From Bacteroidales bacterium (GTDB lineage: Bacteria; Bacteroidota; Bacteroidia; Bacteroidales; UBA12077): a DNA stretch of 64,000 nt. Shown here in pieces: positions 47,474 to 57,220 of the stretch (the first letter of the stretch is position 1; each line of letters starts with the position of its first letter). The stretch lies in assembly GCA_035269575.1 (NCBI GenBank), contig DATFIZ010000123.1, forward strand, positions 1,054-65,053. The letters are read 5' to 3'. The translations under genes and the position numbers were made by a program. The notes under the pieces were generated by a model. It had not been told where the DNA came from and did not search any database. It was given only the letters and a program-made list of their open reading frames with translations.

Positions 47474-50032
47474 TTAAAAGTTAACTTTTAAACCAGTAGA
47501 CCATGTTCTGCCAAAACCATACCATACTAACGCAGAATGCACATTATGATAATCTCCGTCTGTTGCATCCGCAATATATTCAGTATCAAATGCATTGTTT
47601 AGGTTTGCATAAAGCGTCGTATTAAAATCACCTACTTTAAACTTATAACTTAGGTTGACATCAAATAAGTATGCATCGGGCATTTGCCATGCATCAACTT
47701 TGTCTTCTTCAGTTGTTCTGTTCTCAGGATTAAAATCGGCAAAGTTTTTTCCATAATAGTTAAAATCTGCCCCCACTTTAAGTTTAGGCAGTATTTCATA
47801 ATTTACAGACAAAGCACTTGTTATTTGAGCGGAATTACCAACATGAACACCTTCCAGGTATGCATTATAAGTCCCCTGTAATACTTGATTTTGATCGTAT
47901 AGCTCAAAGTCAACATCATTAGACCATACCCAATCGCCATACGAGAACATTCCTTTAATATCGAGCTTGTTAATTGGCCTGTAGGCTACCTCAACTTCAA
48001 CTCCCTGGTGTAAAGCATTTATTCCCGGGATATTTGCGGTATAATCACCAAACGATTTAACTAATCCTTTATCTTTCCACTCTGTTCTGTAAAAGTTTAT
48101 TTTAGCATTAATAAAGCTGGTTGAAAAACCATATCCCAGTTCGAAAGTAATGATGGTTTCATTTTTGGCATCCTCGTTAAAGTCGTTCGTATAACCTAAA
48201 AAAGCATTTCTAAAATAAGGAGCCCTGGAAACATAACCTCCATTTGCAAATACATTATGATTTTCATCAATATTATAATTTATTCCACCTTTAGCATTAT
48301 AAGACCAAAATCCAATCCAGTCTGATACCTGTTCTTCAGGGGTATATTGAAAATAGTCCGTTCTTCTGTAACTATTATTTGCACCCGATAAAGAAATGAA
48401 CGCGGAATATTCATCCTTAACATATTCGCCTTGAACGAACAGGCCTGCCCATAATACTTCGCCTAGGTTGTAATAATTTACATAGTCTCCCTTATAGAGA
48501 GGCGTACCAGGATCTCTGTTTATATTACTGCTGTTTAGGAAATATTTACCTCCCAACAAATCTTCAATTTGGTAAGCATGATACCCTTTGTAATACCGTC
48601 CATCAAAACCACCCGTGATTTTAATGTCTCCTAACTGGTTGGTATATGAAGAAAGAACTCCGTACCAATCGTGAGAATTAATACCATTTGCAATTATTGC
48701 TGTTGATCCATTAACCGCATTTTCATTTTCCTGAATAACAGCATCATAGTCCAGATATCCCTCCGGAGTTAATTTTGTATCATCGTAGGGGCGGCCTGTG
48801 TAACGATCAATACCTAACCAATTCGAATTAGGTCCGTACACTCTTCTTCCACCACCATCAGAGATAGATGCATAGACGGCTGTAGAAAGATTTGAGTTTT
48901 CGTTTATCGTCCAGTAGTGATTTAAAGAAATTTGTGGTTTATGGTAGTAATTATAGGCGTATCCGGTATTATAAATTTCTCCATTACGGTATCCAAAGTC
49001 TGAGTTCCATTTAAGTCCTTCGGGATGTTCTCTGTAATCCTGGATATAGTGTTGGTTGCTTCTTTGGTTATGCCATTGTGGCGCACCAAATGCGGTTAAT
49101 GAAATTCTATGATTTTCATTGATAATTTTTGAGATATTTCCAAAATAGGACCATCCTTCAAAATTTGTCGCTTGAATATATCCATCACCATAAGTTCTGC
49201 CGCCGGCAAAAGTTATGGCCCAGCCATTATCCATTAGCCCTGTTGATAGTGTTAAATTTTGTTTTCTGTAGCCATCGTTTCCAATTCCATAATACACAGA
49301 ACCTCCTTTTTCTGCTTCGGTACTTTGAGTAATAATATTTATCGTACCTCCAACTGATGATAAAGCTAATTTAGACGCTCCAAGACCACGCTGAACCTGC
49401 ATAGATGCTGTAACATCAGATAGTCCGGCCCAATTTGACCAGTATACCTTTCCACTTTCCATATCATTTACGGGTACTCCATTAATTAAAACCCCAATAT
49501 TGTTGGAATCAAAACCTCGTAAATAGATTCGGCTATCTCCAAAACCACCCCCTTGTTTAGTGGCATAAACACTGGGTGTAGATTTTAAAATTTCGGGATA
49601 TTCCTGTGTCCCTAGTTTTTCCTGAATTAGTTCAGGCTTAATGGTTGAAACGGCAACCGGTGTTTCCCGGTCTTTGGCAAAAGAAGAGATAATTCTCACT
49701 TCTTCAAGACCAATTGCGTCGGCATCTAAGGCAACGTTGCCTAAGTCAATATCCTGCCCGGATGTTGCAGAAACAGTTTTAGTCTTTTCAATGTATCCAA
49801 CATAAGAGAAGATTAGTTTTTGCTCACCCGAAGGAACGGTAATGGAAAAGCTTCCGTCAAGTGCAGAGGCAGTACCAATGGTTGTTCCTTCTACAACAAC
49901 TGATGCACCAATTAAAGGTTCGTTGGTGCTGGCATCTGTTAAGACACCTTTTACTTTCGTTTGACTGAATGATGCAAAAGAGATAAACATCAAAGCCACG
50001 ATTAGAATTTTAGTTTTCAGAATTTTCATCAT
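47474..50032 (-). CDS. TonB-dependent outer-membrane receptor with an N-terminal CarboxypepD_reg-like domain
   Basis: Signal peptide. VKGVLTDASTNEPLIGASVVVEGT domain, plug region (IRISSFAKDRETPVAVSTI...RGFDSNNIGVLINGVPVND), beta-barrel, and C-terminal aromatic residue (LKVNF). Confidence 0.85.
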   Translation of the reverse strand: MMKILKTKILIVALMFISFASFSQTKVKGVLTDASTNEPLIGASVVVEGTTIGTASALDGSFSITVPSGEQKLIFSYVGYIEKTKTVSATSGQDIDLGNVALDADAIGLEEVRIISSFAKDRETPVAVSTIKPELIQEKLGTQEYPEILKSTPSVYATKQGGGFGDSRIYLRGFDSNNIGVLINGVPVNDMESGKVYWSNWAGLSDVTASMQVQRGLGASKLALSSVGGTINIITQSTEAEKGGSVYYGIGNDGYRKQNLTLSTGLMDNGWAITFAGGRTYGDGYIQATNFEGWSYFGNISKIINENHRISLTAFGAPQWHNQRSNQHYIQDYREHPEGLKWNSDFGYRNGEIYNTGYAYNYYHKPQISLNHYWTINENSNLSTAVYASISDGGGRRVYGPNSNWLGIDRYTGRPYDDTKLTPEGYLDYDAVIQENENAVNGSTAIIANGINSHDWYGVLSSYTNQLGDIKITGGFDGRYYKGYHAYQIEDLLGGKYFLNSSNINRDPGTPLYKGDYVNYYNLGEVLWAGLFVQGEYVKDEYSAFISLSGANNSYRRTDYFQYTPEEQVSDWIGFWSYNAKGGINYNIDENHNVFANGGYVSRAPYFRNAFLGYTNDFNEDAKNETIITFELGYGFSTSFINAKINFYRTEWKDKGLVKSFGDYTANIPGINALHQGVEVEVAYRPINKLDIKGMFSYGDWVWSNDVDFELYDQNQVLQGTYNAYLEGVHVGNSAQITSALSVNYEILPKLKVGADFNYYGKNFADFNPENRTTEEDKVDAWQMPDAYLFDVNLSYKFKVGDFNTTLYANLNNAFDTEYIADATDGDYHNVHSALVWYGFGRTWSTGLKVNF

Positions 50033-50080
50033 TGAATTGTTTAAGGTTTGGGTTTATTTTTAAAGTTTAAAACAAGAATA

Positions 50081-50088
50081 CAAAAGTA
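50081..50088 (-). promoter_or_regulatory. Candidate -7 promoter box (TACTTTTG on the minus strand) for the TonB-dependent receptor; a second copy lies at 50105-50112
   Basis: CTACTTTTG occurs twice, 24 nt apart. The proximal copy is 48 nt upstream of ATG 50032. Confidence 0.35.
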
Positions 50089-50257
50089 GAATTTCTTGGA
50101 ACATCAAAAGTAGAGAAAATATTAATTAATTATTAAATTATCAGACAAGAATATATTAACAGATAACCGGATTTTTTAGTCTGCTATAAGTGTTGCTATA
50201 AAGGGTTTTTGTGGTTTTTTTAAATTAATATGTTAATAAATGTTAATATTTTTATGA

Positions 50258-51496
50258 TTAAGTAGTATTTATTGTTTTGAGAATTTTTTCTGTAGCCCCG
50301 GTTTTTTGTTTTACAAATGTTGACGCAATTTCCCCTTTTTCACGGATAAGATTTTTATCACTCATCAACCTTTTAATGGTATGTTCAAAATCACTGTAAT
50401 TTTGAATCGCTATAGCACCTCCCTCCTGGACCAGGTCAACAGCTTCCTGGAATTTTTCGTAATTTGGACCAAAAATTACAGGTAAACCGTACGTCGCTGC
50501 TTCTAATACATTATGGATTCCTTTGCCAAAGCCTCCGCCAATATATGCTATATCACCATACCTGTATAACGATGATAAAAGCCCGATGCAATCTACAATT
50601 AAAACATCGGCCTCCTCTATATTGTTTATGTTAGCCTCTGAATATTTGAAAACCTTTTTATGGGAGTCAAAAAGTTTTAAGATTCGTTCAATATTTTCAG
50701 CGTTTACTTCATGTGGAGCAACAATTAATTTAAATTTTTGAGTCGTTTGGTTGTAATAGTTAAATATAATTTCTTCATCAGGTTTCCATGTGCTTCCTGC
50801 AATAAATACTCCTGAGTTATTTTTGAATTTTTCGATTAATGGAAGTGCTTTTGATTGTTTGGCGATGGCAGATACCCGATCAAACCTGGTATCTCCCGTC
50901 ACCGTAACGTTATTGATATCAATTGACTGTAGGAGGTTTTCTGATTGTTTATTTTGAACAAAAAAATGGCTGAAAAACCGAAGCATTTTTCGATATTGTA
51001 GATTAAATGGCTTAAAAAAGCGTTGTTCTTTTCTGAAAATCCCGGAAATCAGGTATAACGGAATCTTACGCATGAATATCTCTCGTAAGAAAAAATACCA
51101 GAATTCGTATTTTATAAAAAAGATGATGTCTGGTTTAACCAGATTTAAAAATTTTTTTGCATTATACGGAGTATCAAGAGGCAAATAAAACACATAATCG
51201 GCATGTTGGTAATTTTTGCGAATTTCAAAACCCGAAGGCGAATAAAAAGTAAGTAATATTTTATAGTCTCTATACTTTTCTTTAAAAGCTTCTATTAGCG
51301 GGCGACCCTGCTCAAATTCACCTAACGAAGCGCAATGAAACCATGCTGTTTTACTTTCCCTGCTTACGCGGGATTCAATGCTTTTTAATAATTTTTTTCT
51401 TCCGCGGATCCATAACTTAGCTTTGCGGTTAAATAGCGATGCAATTAATACTACAAAATAATATAGGTGAATACCTAAAAGATATATTCCGGTCAT
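50258..51496 (-). CDS. waaA: 3-deoxy-D-manno-octulosonic acid (Kdo) transferase
   Basis: N-terminal membrane anchor. WFHCASLGEFEQGRPLIEAFKEKY motif and GT-B C-terminal half (GGGFGKGIHNVLEAATYGLPVIFGP). Confidence 0.9.
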   Translation of the reverse strand: MTGIYLLGIHLYYFVVLIASLFNRKAKLWIRGRKKLLKSIESRVSRESKTAWFHCASLGEFEQGRPLIEAFKEKYRDYKILLTFYSPSGFEIRKNYQHADYVFYLPLDTPYNAKKFLNLVKPDIIFFIKYEFWYFFLREIFMRKIPLYLISGIFRKEQRFFKPFNLQYRKMLRFFSHFFVQNKQSENLLQSIDINNVTVTGDTRFDRVSAIAKQSKALPLIEKFKNNSGVFIAGSTWKPDEEIIFNYYNQTTQKFKLIVAPHEVNAENIERILKLFDSHKKVFKYSEANINNIEEADVLIVDCIGLLSSLYRYGDIAYIGGGFGKGIHNVLEAATYGLPVIFGPNYEKFQEAVDLVQEGGAIAIQNYSDFEHTIKRLMSDKNLIREKGEIASTFVKQKTGATEKILKTINTT

Positions 51497-51508
51497 GAAT
51501 TTTTTCTA

Positions 51509-51516
51509 CAAATTTA
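51509..51516 (-). promoter_or_regulatory. Candidate -7 promoter box (TAAATTTG on the minus strand) for waaA
   Basis: Exact TAnnTTTG match, only 13 nt upstream of ATG 51496. This implies a very short leader. Confidence 0.3.
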
Positions 51517-51749
51517 AAGGTCTAATTTATTTTTTTTGTTGTTTTTATTGGATAATTATCGCATTTGTTTTAATCTGCTGTTTATTAAGAAGTTAGGATT
51601 GGGTGTTTTTATCTGTATCGCTGTATATAGGATTAATATTGACTTTTGTTGACATTAATTTTATTTAAAATATTTGTTTTATGAATATTTTTTATATTTT
51701 AGCCCATAAATATGGATTTCTTGATATCCTAACCCTAAAATTTAAATCC

Positions 51750-51787
51750 AAAGGTCTTCTTCAAAATGAAGGCCTTTTTTTATTTTT
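51750..51787 (+). terminator. Orphan plus-strand terminator-like hairpin in the waaA/outer-membrane-protein intergenic region
   Basis: AAGGTCTTC (51751-51759) / GAAGGCCTT (51768-51776, one G-U pair), followed by T7AT6. No annotated plus-strand gene ends here. Confidence 0.5.
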
Positions 51788-51987
51788 TAAATTAAACTCA
51801 TTCAACATTTCTAAAATAATTCCGTTCTTTAAACGAATTCATTTATAATTTATGAATGAATCTTTTAACGAAAAATCATAATTATAATAATTAGTTTATT
51901 TTTATTTTTTGTTAAGGTTAACCTGTACTATTCATAAATGGTTGAAAAGAAAATTTTAATGAATACATCTGGTGAAATGCTTATCTT

Positions 51988-51995
51988 TAAATTTG
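51988..51995 (+). promoter_or_regulatory. Candidate -7 promoter box (TAAATTTG) for the 52012-55464 gene
   Basis: Exact TAnnTTTG match, 16 nt upstream of TTG 52012. Confidence 0.3.
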
Positions 51996-52011
51996 TTTAA
52001 AAATCCGGGTA

Positions 52012-55000
52012 TTGAAACGATATGGTTTTGTAATATTATTAGTTATTGTTTCTTTGAGTTCTTATGCTCAAAATTATAGTAATTTACGTTCGAAAATTAT
52101 TACGATTAAAAACGATACTATACAAATTGATACCTTAAGTATTATCCCGGGTTCAGCTATTTTGTCTGCTCAGAATAAAATCTTTTCCGACACTTTATAT
52201 CGTTTCAATTATGCTCAATCTATGCTTATAGTATCTCCCAAACTGGCTTCGGATATTAAACAAATATCTGTCACTTACAGGGTGTTCCCTATCGACTTTT
52301 CTTCAACATGGTATCACCGAAAACAGAGTGACTTTGAACTTGCCGGACCGGTAATGCTAAAGTCAGAAAGTGATTTGCCTTCTTCAAATACAAATTTTTT
52401 TACCGATAATCGACTGGATAAAAGAGGAAGTATATCCCGGGGGGTTACTATTGGCAATAATCAGGATGCCGTACTTAACTCAAGGCTGAGTTTACAGTTA
52501 GATGGTAAAATAGGTGACAACATGAACCTGCTGGCTGCTATTTCTGATGAAAACATTCCGGTACAACCCGAGGGAAGCTCTCAGCAGATTCAGGATTTTG
52601 ATAAAGTATTTATTCAATTATATAACGAAAAGTTTAAACTTGTAGCCGGCGATTTTGAGATATCCAGACCGGTGGGATATTATATGAACGTGAACAAAAA
52701 AGCGCAAGGGGGACTTTTAAATGTTAAATTTCAGGGAAAACAAAAAGCATCAAATGTTTTGGAAACAACTGTTAGTGGAGCCGTTTCCAAAGGAAAGCTC
52801 TGCCTTAAAAAATTTCAGGGGCAGGAAGGAAATCAAGGCCCTTATAAACTAACAGGTTGTGAAAACGAACAGTTTATTATTGTGCTGGCAGGGACAGAAA
52901 AAGTTTATATCGATGGTAAATTGCAGGTTCGTGGAAAAGAGAATGACTATACGATTGATTATAATACAGGAGAAGTTACGTTTACTGCTAACGAACCTAT
53001 AACTAAAAATTCCAGGATTACCGTAGAATTCGAGTACTCAGAGAAGAATTATGCACGGTTTATGCTGTATAGTACGAACACTTACAGGAACGAAAAGGGG
53101 AAATTTTGGTTTAATGTTTATTCTGAGCAGGATAGTAAAAACCAACCTTTAAACCAGGACTTAACACAAGAACAAAAGGAAACGCTGGCACAGGTAGGCG
53201 ATAATATCCAGAGTGCATTTGTTCCTTATGTTGACAGTGTTGATTTTAGGAATGATTATGTACTTTACGAAAAAACAGATACAATAGTAGATGGGATAAG
53301 TTATGAGATTTACAAATATTCGACTCATCCCGAAAGGGCTTTTTTCCGGGTAGGATTTAGTTTTACCGGACAACAACAAGGGAACTACATACAAGCGAAA
53401 AGCAGTGCCAACGGGAAAGTTTATACCTGGGTAGCACCAGTAGAAGGTGTACCACAAGGGAACTATGAGCCTGTGAGGTTGCTGGTTTCACCCAAAAAGC
53501 AACAAATGGTTAATGTGGGTGGCGATTTTAGAATGAATAACACAGCACATTCTTTTTTTGAAATTGCTGTAAGTAATTATGATATGAATACTTTCTCGGA
53601 AAAAGATAACACCGATAATATCGGGTATGCATTGAAATTAAACGTGGAGAAATCATTATTGAATACCGATACCCTTAAAAATCGTTTAACTGCAGCGGTA
53701 AGCTATCAATTAATCAATAAGAATTTTACACAAATAGAACGATTTCGTCCTGTTGAATTTGAGAGGGACTGGAACATCGAATTTCCGTTTTTTAATGATG
53801 AACATTTTGCTGATTTAACCCTTCATTACAAACATAAAGAATACATAAACGGGCAATACCAGTTTGCTCTGCTTAACAGTAAAAGCGAATACGAGGGATT
53901 GCGAAATGTTTTACATACATCATTCCGTAAATCGGGATATCAATTCCGGTTAAATTCAAGCTTGCTCAATACAAAGTCTGAAAGAAAAGAAACCCGGTTT
54001 ATCAGATATGTAACAGAAATTTCTAAATCATTTAGCAAATTAAAGATTGGTTTTGAAAATGAGCTGGAACATAACGAATGGATAGATATGTTGACTGACA
54101 GTTTATTAAACAACAGCTTTAATTTCTCTTCGTATCGTTTTTATATTCAAAACTCCGATTCATCTGTAAATCAGTTTAGTGCAGGATACTTGCTAAGGAA
54201 CGATTTGTTGCCTAAAGATAATCAATTGAACAGGGCTATGCAGTCGGAAGATTTTCAGTTAGGGTTCGGATTACTGAAAAACCCGGCAAGCATTTTAAAG
54301 ACAAATATCAACTACCGGAAATTAAAAGTCCTGGACTCTTCTTTAACCAACAATACTGAAGAGAACACGATTACGGGGCGAGTAAGTTATAAATTCCGAT
54401 TATTTAAAGGAGCTGTTACTTCATCGTTATTTTACGAAGCCGGCTCGGGGCTTGAACCCAAAAAAGAATATTCGTACCTGAGAGTTGCAGGAGGTCAGGG
54501 TACTTACACATGGACTGATTATAATAATAACTCGATTGCAGAGCTGGATGAGTTTGAGGTGGCAAAATTTCGGGATGAAGCGAACTACATCAGAATTTAT
54601 ACGCCCGGGAATGAGTATATAAAAACCTATAAAAATGAGTATAGTCAGGTTTTAAATATCAGGCCCGAAACGATTTGGAAAGATAAAGATGGCCTGCGGA
54701 AGGCATTATCAAAATTCACGAACAGCTTGGCTGTGTTAATGAATCGAAAATCAACCAATACGGATATACGTCAAAGCTTAAATCCTTTTGGCTTTTCTGA
54801 TAACGATTCAACCCTGGTGCATTTAAACCAGAATGTTAGAAACACCCTTTCTTTTAATCGGTCAAATACCAGGTTTGGAATAGATTACATTTATCAGCAA
54901 AATAAAAATATATCATTGTTAACAAATGGTTTTGATGAACGAAAGAGTATGCAAAACGGGATTAGGGTTCGTTGGAATTTCATTTCAGTTTTCACCCTGC

Positions 55001-55464
55001 AGAATGAATTTGAAGCAGGGACCAAAGAATATTTTTCGGAATTTTTTAGTGCTAAAAATTATCAATTAGACATTACGCATAATGAATTAAAAATTCAGTA
55101 CCAGCCAGGATTTCAAACGAAGATGGAATTAAACTACCGCTACTCAGAGAAAGTAAATACCGAGGCTATGGAAAAGAGTATGTCGCATAAAACAGGAGCA
55201 GAGATTAACTATACTTTTACGCAAAAAGGGAATATATTAATGCAAGCTAATTATATAAAAATAGACTATAATGAAGACAGTAATACCTCGTTGGCATACG
55301 AAATGCTTGATGGATTAAAACCGGGTAATAATGCTACATGGAATATTTCTTTTCAGCGTAAACTGGGTGGATACCTGGAGTTAAACCTAATGTACAACGG
55401 GCGTTATTCCGAAAGCATCAAAACAATACATACAGGGAGTATACAGTTACGCGCCTATTTTTAG
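52012..55464 (+). CDS. Large (1150 aa) predicted outer-membrane beta-barrel protein of unknown function
   Basis: Signal peptide (VSLSSYAQ). Long stretches of alternating-hydrophobicity strands. C-terminus ...GSIQLRAYF ends in Phe, as in OMP beta-signals. I recognise no catalytic motif. Confidence 0.7.
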   Translation: MKRYGFVILLVIVSLSSYAQNYSNLRSKIITIKNDTIQIDTLSIIPGSAILSAQNKIFSDTLYRFNYAQSMLIVSPKLASDIKQISVTYRVFPIDFSSTWYHRKQSDFELAGPVMLKSESDLPSSNTNFFTDNRLDKRGSISRGVTIGNNQDAVLNSRLSLQLDGKIGDNMNLLAAISDENIPVQPEGSSQQIQDFDKVFIQLYNEKFKLVAGDFEISRPVGYYMNVNKKAQGGLLNVKFQGKQKASNVLETTVSGAVSKGKLCLKKFQGQEGNQGPYKLTGCENEQFIIVLAGTEKVYIDGKLQVRGKENDYTIDYNTGEVTFTANEPITKNSRITVEFEYSEKNYARFMLYSTNTYRNEKGKFWFNVYSEQDSKNQPLNQDLTQEQKETLAQVGDNIQSAFVPYVDSVDFRNDYVLYEKTDTIVDGISYEIYKYSTHPERAFFRVGFSFTGQQQGNYIQAKSSANGKVYTWVAPVEGVPQGNYEPVRLLVSPKKQQMVNVGGDFRMNNTAHSFFEIAVSNYDMNTFSEKDNTDNIGYALKLNVEKSLLNTDTLKNRLTAAVSYQLINKNFTQIERFRPVEFERDWNIEFPFFNDEHFADLTLHYKHKEYINGQYQFALLNSKSEYEGLRNVLHTSFRKSGYQFRLNSSLLNTKSERKETRFIRYVTEISKSFSKLKIGFENELEHNEWIDMLTDSLLNNSFNFSSYRFYIQNSDSSVNQFSAGYLLRNDLLPKDNQLNRAMQSEDFQLGFGLLKNPASILKTNINYRKLKVLDSSLTNNTEENTITGRVSYKFRLFKGAVTSSLFYEAGSGLEPKKEYSYLRVAGGQGTYTWTDYNNNSIAELDEFEVAKFRDEANYIRIYTPGNEYIKTYKNEYSQVLNIRPETIWKDKDGLRKALSKFTNSLAVLMNRKSTNTDIRQSLNPFGFSDNDSTLVHLNQNVRNTLSFNRSNTRFGIDYIYQQNKNISLLTNGFDERKSMQNGIRVRWNFISVFTLQNEFEAGTKEYFSEFFSAKNYQLDITHNELKIQYQPGFQTKMELNYRYSEKVNTEAMEKSMSHKTGAEINYTFTQKGNILMQANYIKIDYNEDSNTSLAYEMLDGLKPGNNATWNISFQRKLGGYLELNLMYNGRYSESIKTIHTGSIQLRAYF

Positions 55465-56681
55465 AAGGCAGCCATCAATAGATCAATATCTTTAGATGGT
55501 ATTCCAAAATAATTTCCAATACGCGAGTTGGTTAATATACCATTGTAAACATAAACACCATGCCGTAATCCCATGTCGTCTTTCATCTTTTTATTCATCC
55601 CGCCTGCTTCGGCAATGCTCAATAAAAGAGGACTAAACACATTACTTAAGGCTATGGATGCAGTACGTGCCACTCGTGAAGCAATATTGGGAACGCAATA
55701 ATGAATAACGCCGTGTTTGGTATATACGGGATTGGAATGAATCATACATTCAGATGTTTCAATACATCCACCCTGGTCAATACTTAAATCAACAATAACA
55801 GCTCCCTTTTTCATCTTTTTAACCATATCTTCGCTAATAAAATGTTGAGGTCCTTTTTCTCCAAAATGAACAGCACCTATAACAACATCGGCAGACTTTA
55901 GGTGTTTTTCAATAACTTTAGGATGAAATACAGAAGTAAACAGGCGCTGTGAAAGGTTGGTTTGTAATCGTTTCAACTTAGTAATAGAGCGGTCGAATAT
56001 TTTAATAAATGCCCCGAGTCCAAGAGCTGCCCTTGCAGCATATTCGGCCGCTGTTCCGGCACCTAATATTAGAACTTCGGTGGATGTTATGCCGGTAACC
56101 CCGCCAAGCAAAACACCCTTTCCTTCGTGAACATTACTTAAATATTCGGCAGCAATTAGGATTGAGGTTGTTCCGGCAATTTCACTCATTGAACGAACAA
56201 CCGGGTAACAGTGGTCTTTATCTTTTAGTCCTTCGAAAGATATGGCTGTTATCTTTTTTTGCATTAATTTACGGATATATTCTTCAGACTGTGATAAAAA
56301 GTTAAGCGATGAAAAAAGTATCTGGTTGGTTTTAAATAGTTCTAGTTCTTTAATGGTGGGGGGTGCAATTTTTAAAATAATATCACATTGATAAACATCT
56401 GACTTTTTAGTAGCAATTTGTCCACCACACTCGCTATAATCATTGTTGGAATAATTGGCCGCAACACCGGCATCGTTTTCAATAATTACTTCATGTCCGT
56501 TATTTACTAAAAGCTCAACGGCTTCGGGGGTTAATCCTACACGACTTTCATATTTTCTGTATTCTTTCGGGATTCCGATAACTAACTTTTCTGTTTTTTT
56601 CCCAATTTCAAGCATCTCTTCTTGCGGGAGCAGGCCAGTATTTCCAAAAGAATAGTTTTTTTGTTCTTTTTTATCCGACAT
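55461..56681 (-). CDS. ald: Alanine dehydrogenase / PNT-family NAD(H)-dependent dehydrogenase
   Basis: ESRVGLTPEAVELLVNNGHEVIIE N-domain and VLILGAGTAAEYAARAALGLGA Rossmann motif. It has a ~35-aa N-terminal extension relative to typical Ald. Confidence 0.7.
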   Translation of the reverse strand: MSDKKEQKNYSFGNTGLLPQEEMLEIGKKTEKLVIGIPKEYRKYESRVGLTPEAVELLVNNGHEVIIENDAGVAANYSNNDYSECGGQIATKKSDVYQCDIILKIAPPTIKELELFKTNQILFSSLNFLSQSEEYIRKLMQKKITAISFEGLKDKDHCYPVVRSMSEIAGTTSILIAAEYLSNVHEGKGVLLGGVTGITSTEVLILGAGTAAEYAARAALGLGAFIKIFDRSITKLKRLQTNLSQRLFTSVFHPKVIEKHLKSADVVIGAVHFGEKGPQHFISEDMVKKMKKGAVIVDLSIDQGGCIETSECMIHSNPVYTKHGVIHYCVPNIASRVARTASIALSNVFSPLLLSIAEAGGMNKKMKDDMGLRHGVYVYNGILTNSRIGNYFGIPSKDIDLLMAAF

Positions 56682-56704
56682 AAGGCATTCTGATTAATAC
56701 TAAT

Positions 56705-56738
56705 ATTGAAGAAGCCCAAAATAGTATTTTTTTGGGGC
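56705..56738 (-). terminator. Possible weak terminator after tsaE
   Basis: Minus-strand hairpin GCCCCAAAA / TTTTGGGC (bulged), followed by UUCUUCAAUAUU. The U-run is interrupted. Confidence 0.35.
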
Positions 56739-56781
56739 ATAATCAAGTATTTTTTAAGGGATATTTTGGGGGTGATTTTTT

Positions 56782-57198
56782 TTAGTGAATATTTATGGTG
56801 CGACTACCATCTTCATTTTCCACCATTTGAACAAACACAATATGATCGGGTAAAATTTCTGCAACTTTATCCGGCCATTCTATAAAGCAGTAATTTCCCG
56901 AGTAAAAATAGTCTTCATAACCAAAATCAAATACCTCTTCAATTTTTTCTATTCTGTAAAAATCAAAATGATAAATAGTATTTCCATTGCTGGTTTGATA
57001 CTCGTTTATTAAAGCAAAGGTAGGACTTGTAACAATTTCAACAACCCCTAACTCATTACATAAAGCCTTAATAAAAGTCGTTTTTCCTACACCCATAGAA
57101 CCAAAAAATGCAATTACCTTTTTGTTTTGTATGAGCCGTAAAAATTTTTCGGCCACCACATTTAAATCTGATAATGATTTTAACACTAATGAATTCAT
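56782..57198 (-). CDS. tsaE: tRNA t6A37 threonylcarbamoyltransferase complex ATPase subunit TsaE
   Basis: 138 aa. Walker A FFGSMGVGKTTFIK. SPTFALINEY and HFDFYR motifs. Confidence 0.9.
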   Translation of the reverse strand: MNSLVLKSLSDLNVVAEKFLRLIQNKKVIAFFGSMGVGKTTFIKALCNELGVVEIVTSPTFALINEYQTSNGNTIYHFDFYRIEKIEEVFDFGYEDYFYSGNYCFIEWPDKVAEILPDHIVFVQMVENEDGSRTINIH

Positions 57199-57220
57199 AT
57201 ATGCAAGGTAGCAAAAAAAA

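Noticed and set aside
51681-51848. 55-codon plus-strand ORF (MNIFYILAHKYGFLDILTLKFKSKGLLQNEGLFLFFKLNSFNISKIIPFFKRIHL) in the waaA/OMP intergenic region
   Set aside because: The terminator hairpin lies inside it, it has no convincing promoter or motif, and its composition simply mirrors AT-rich DNA.
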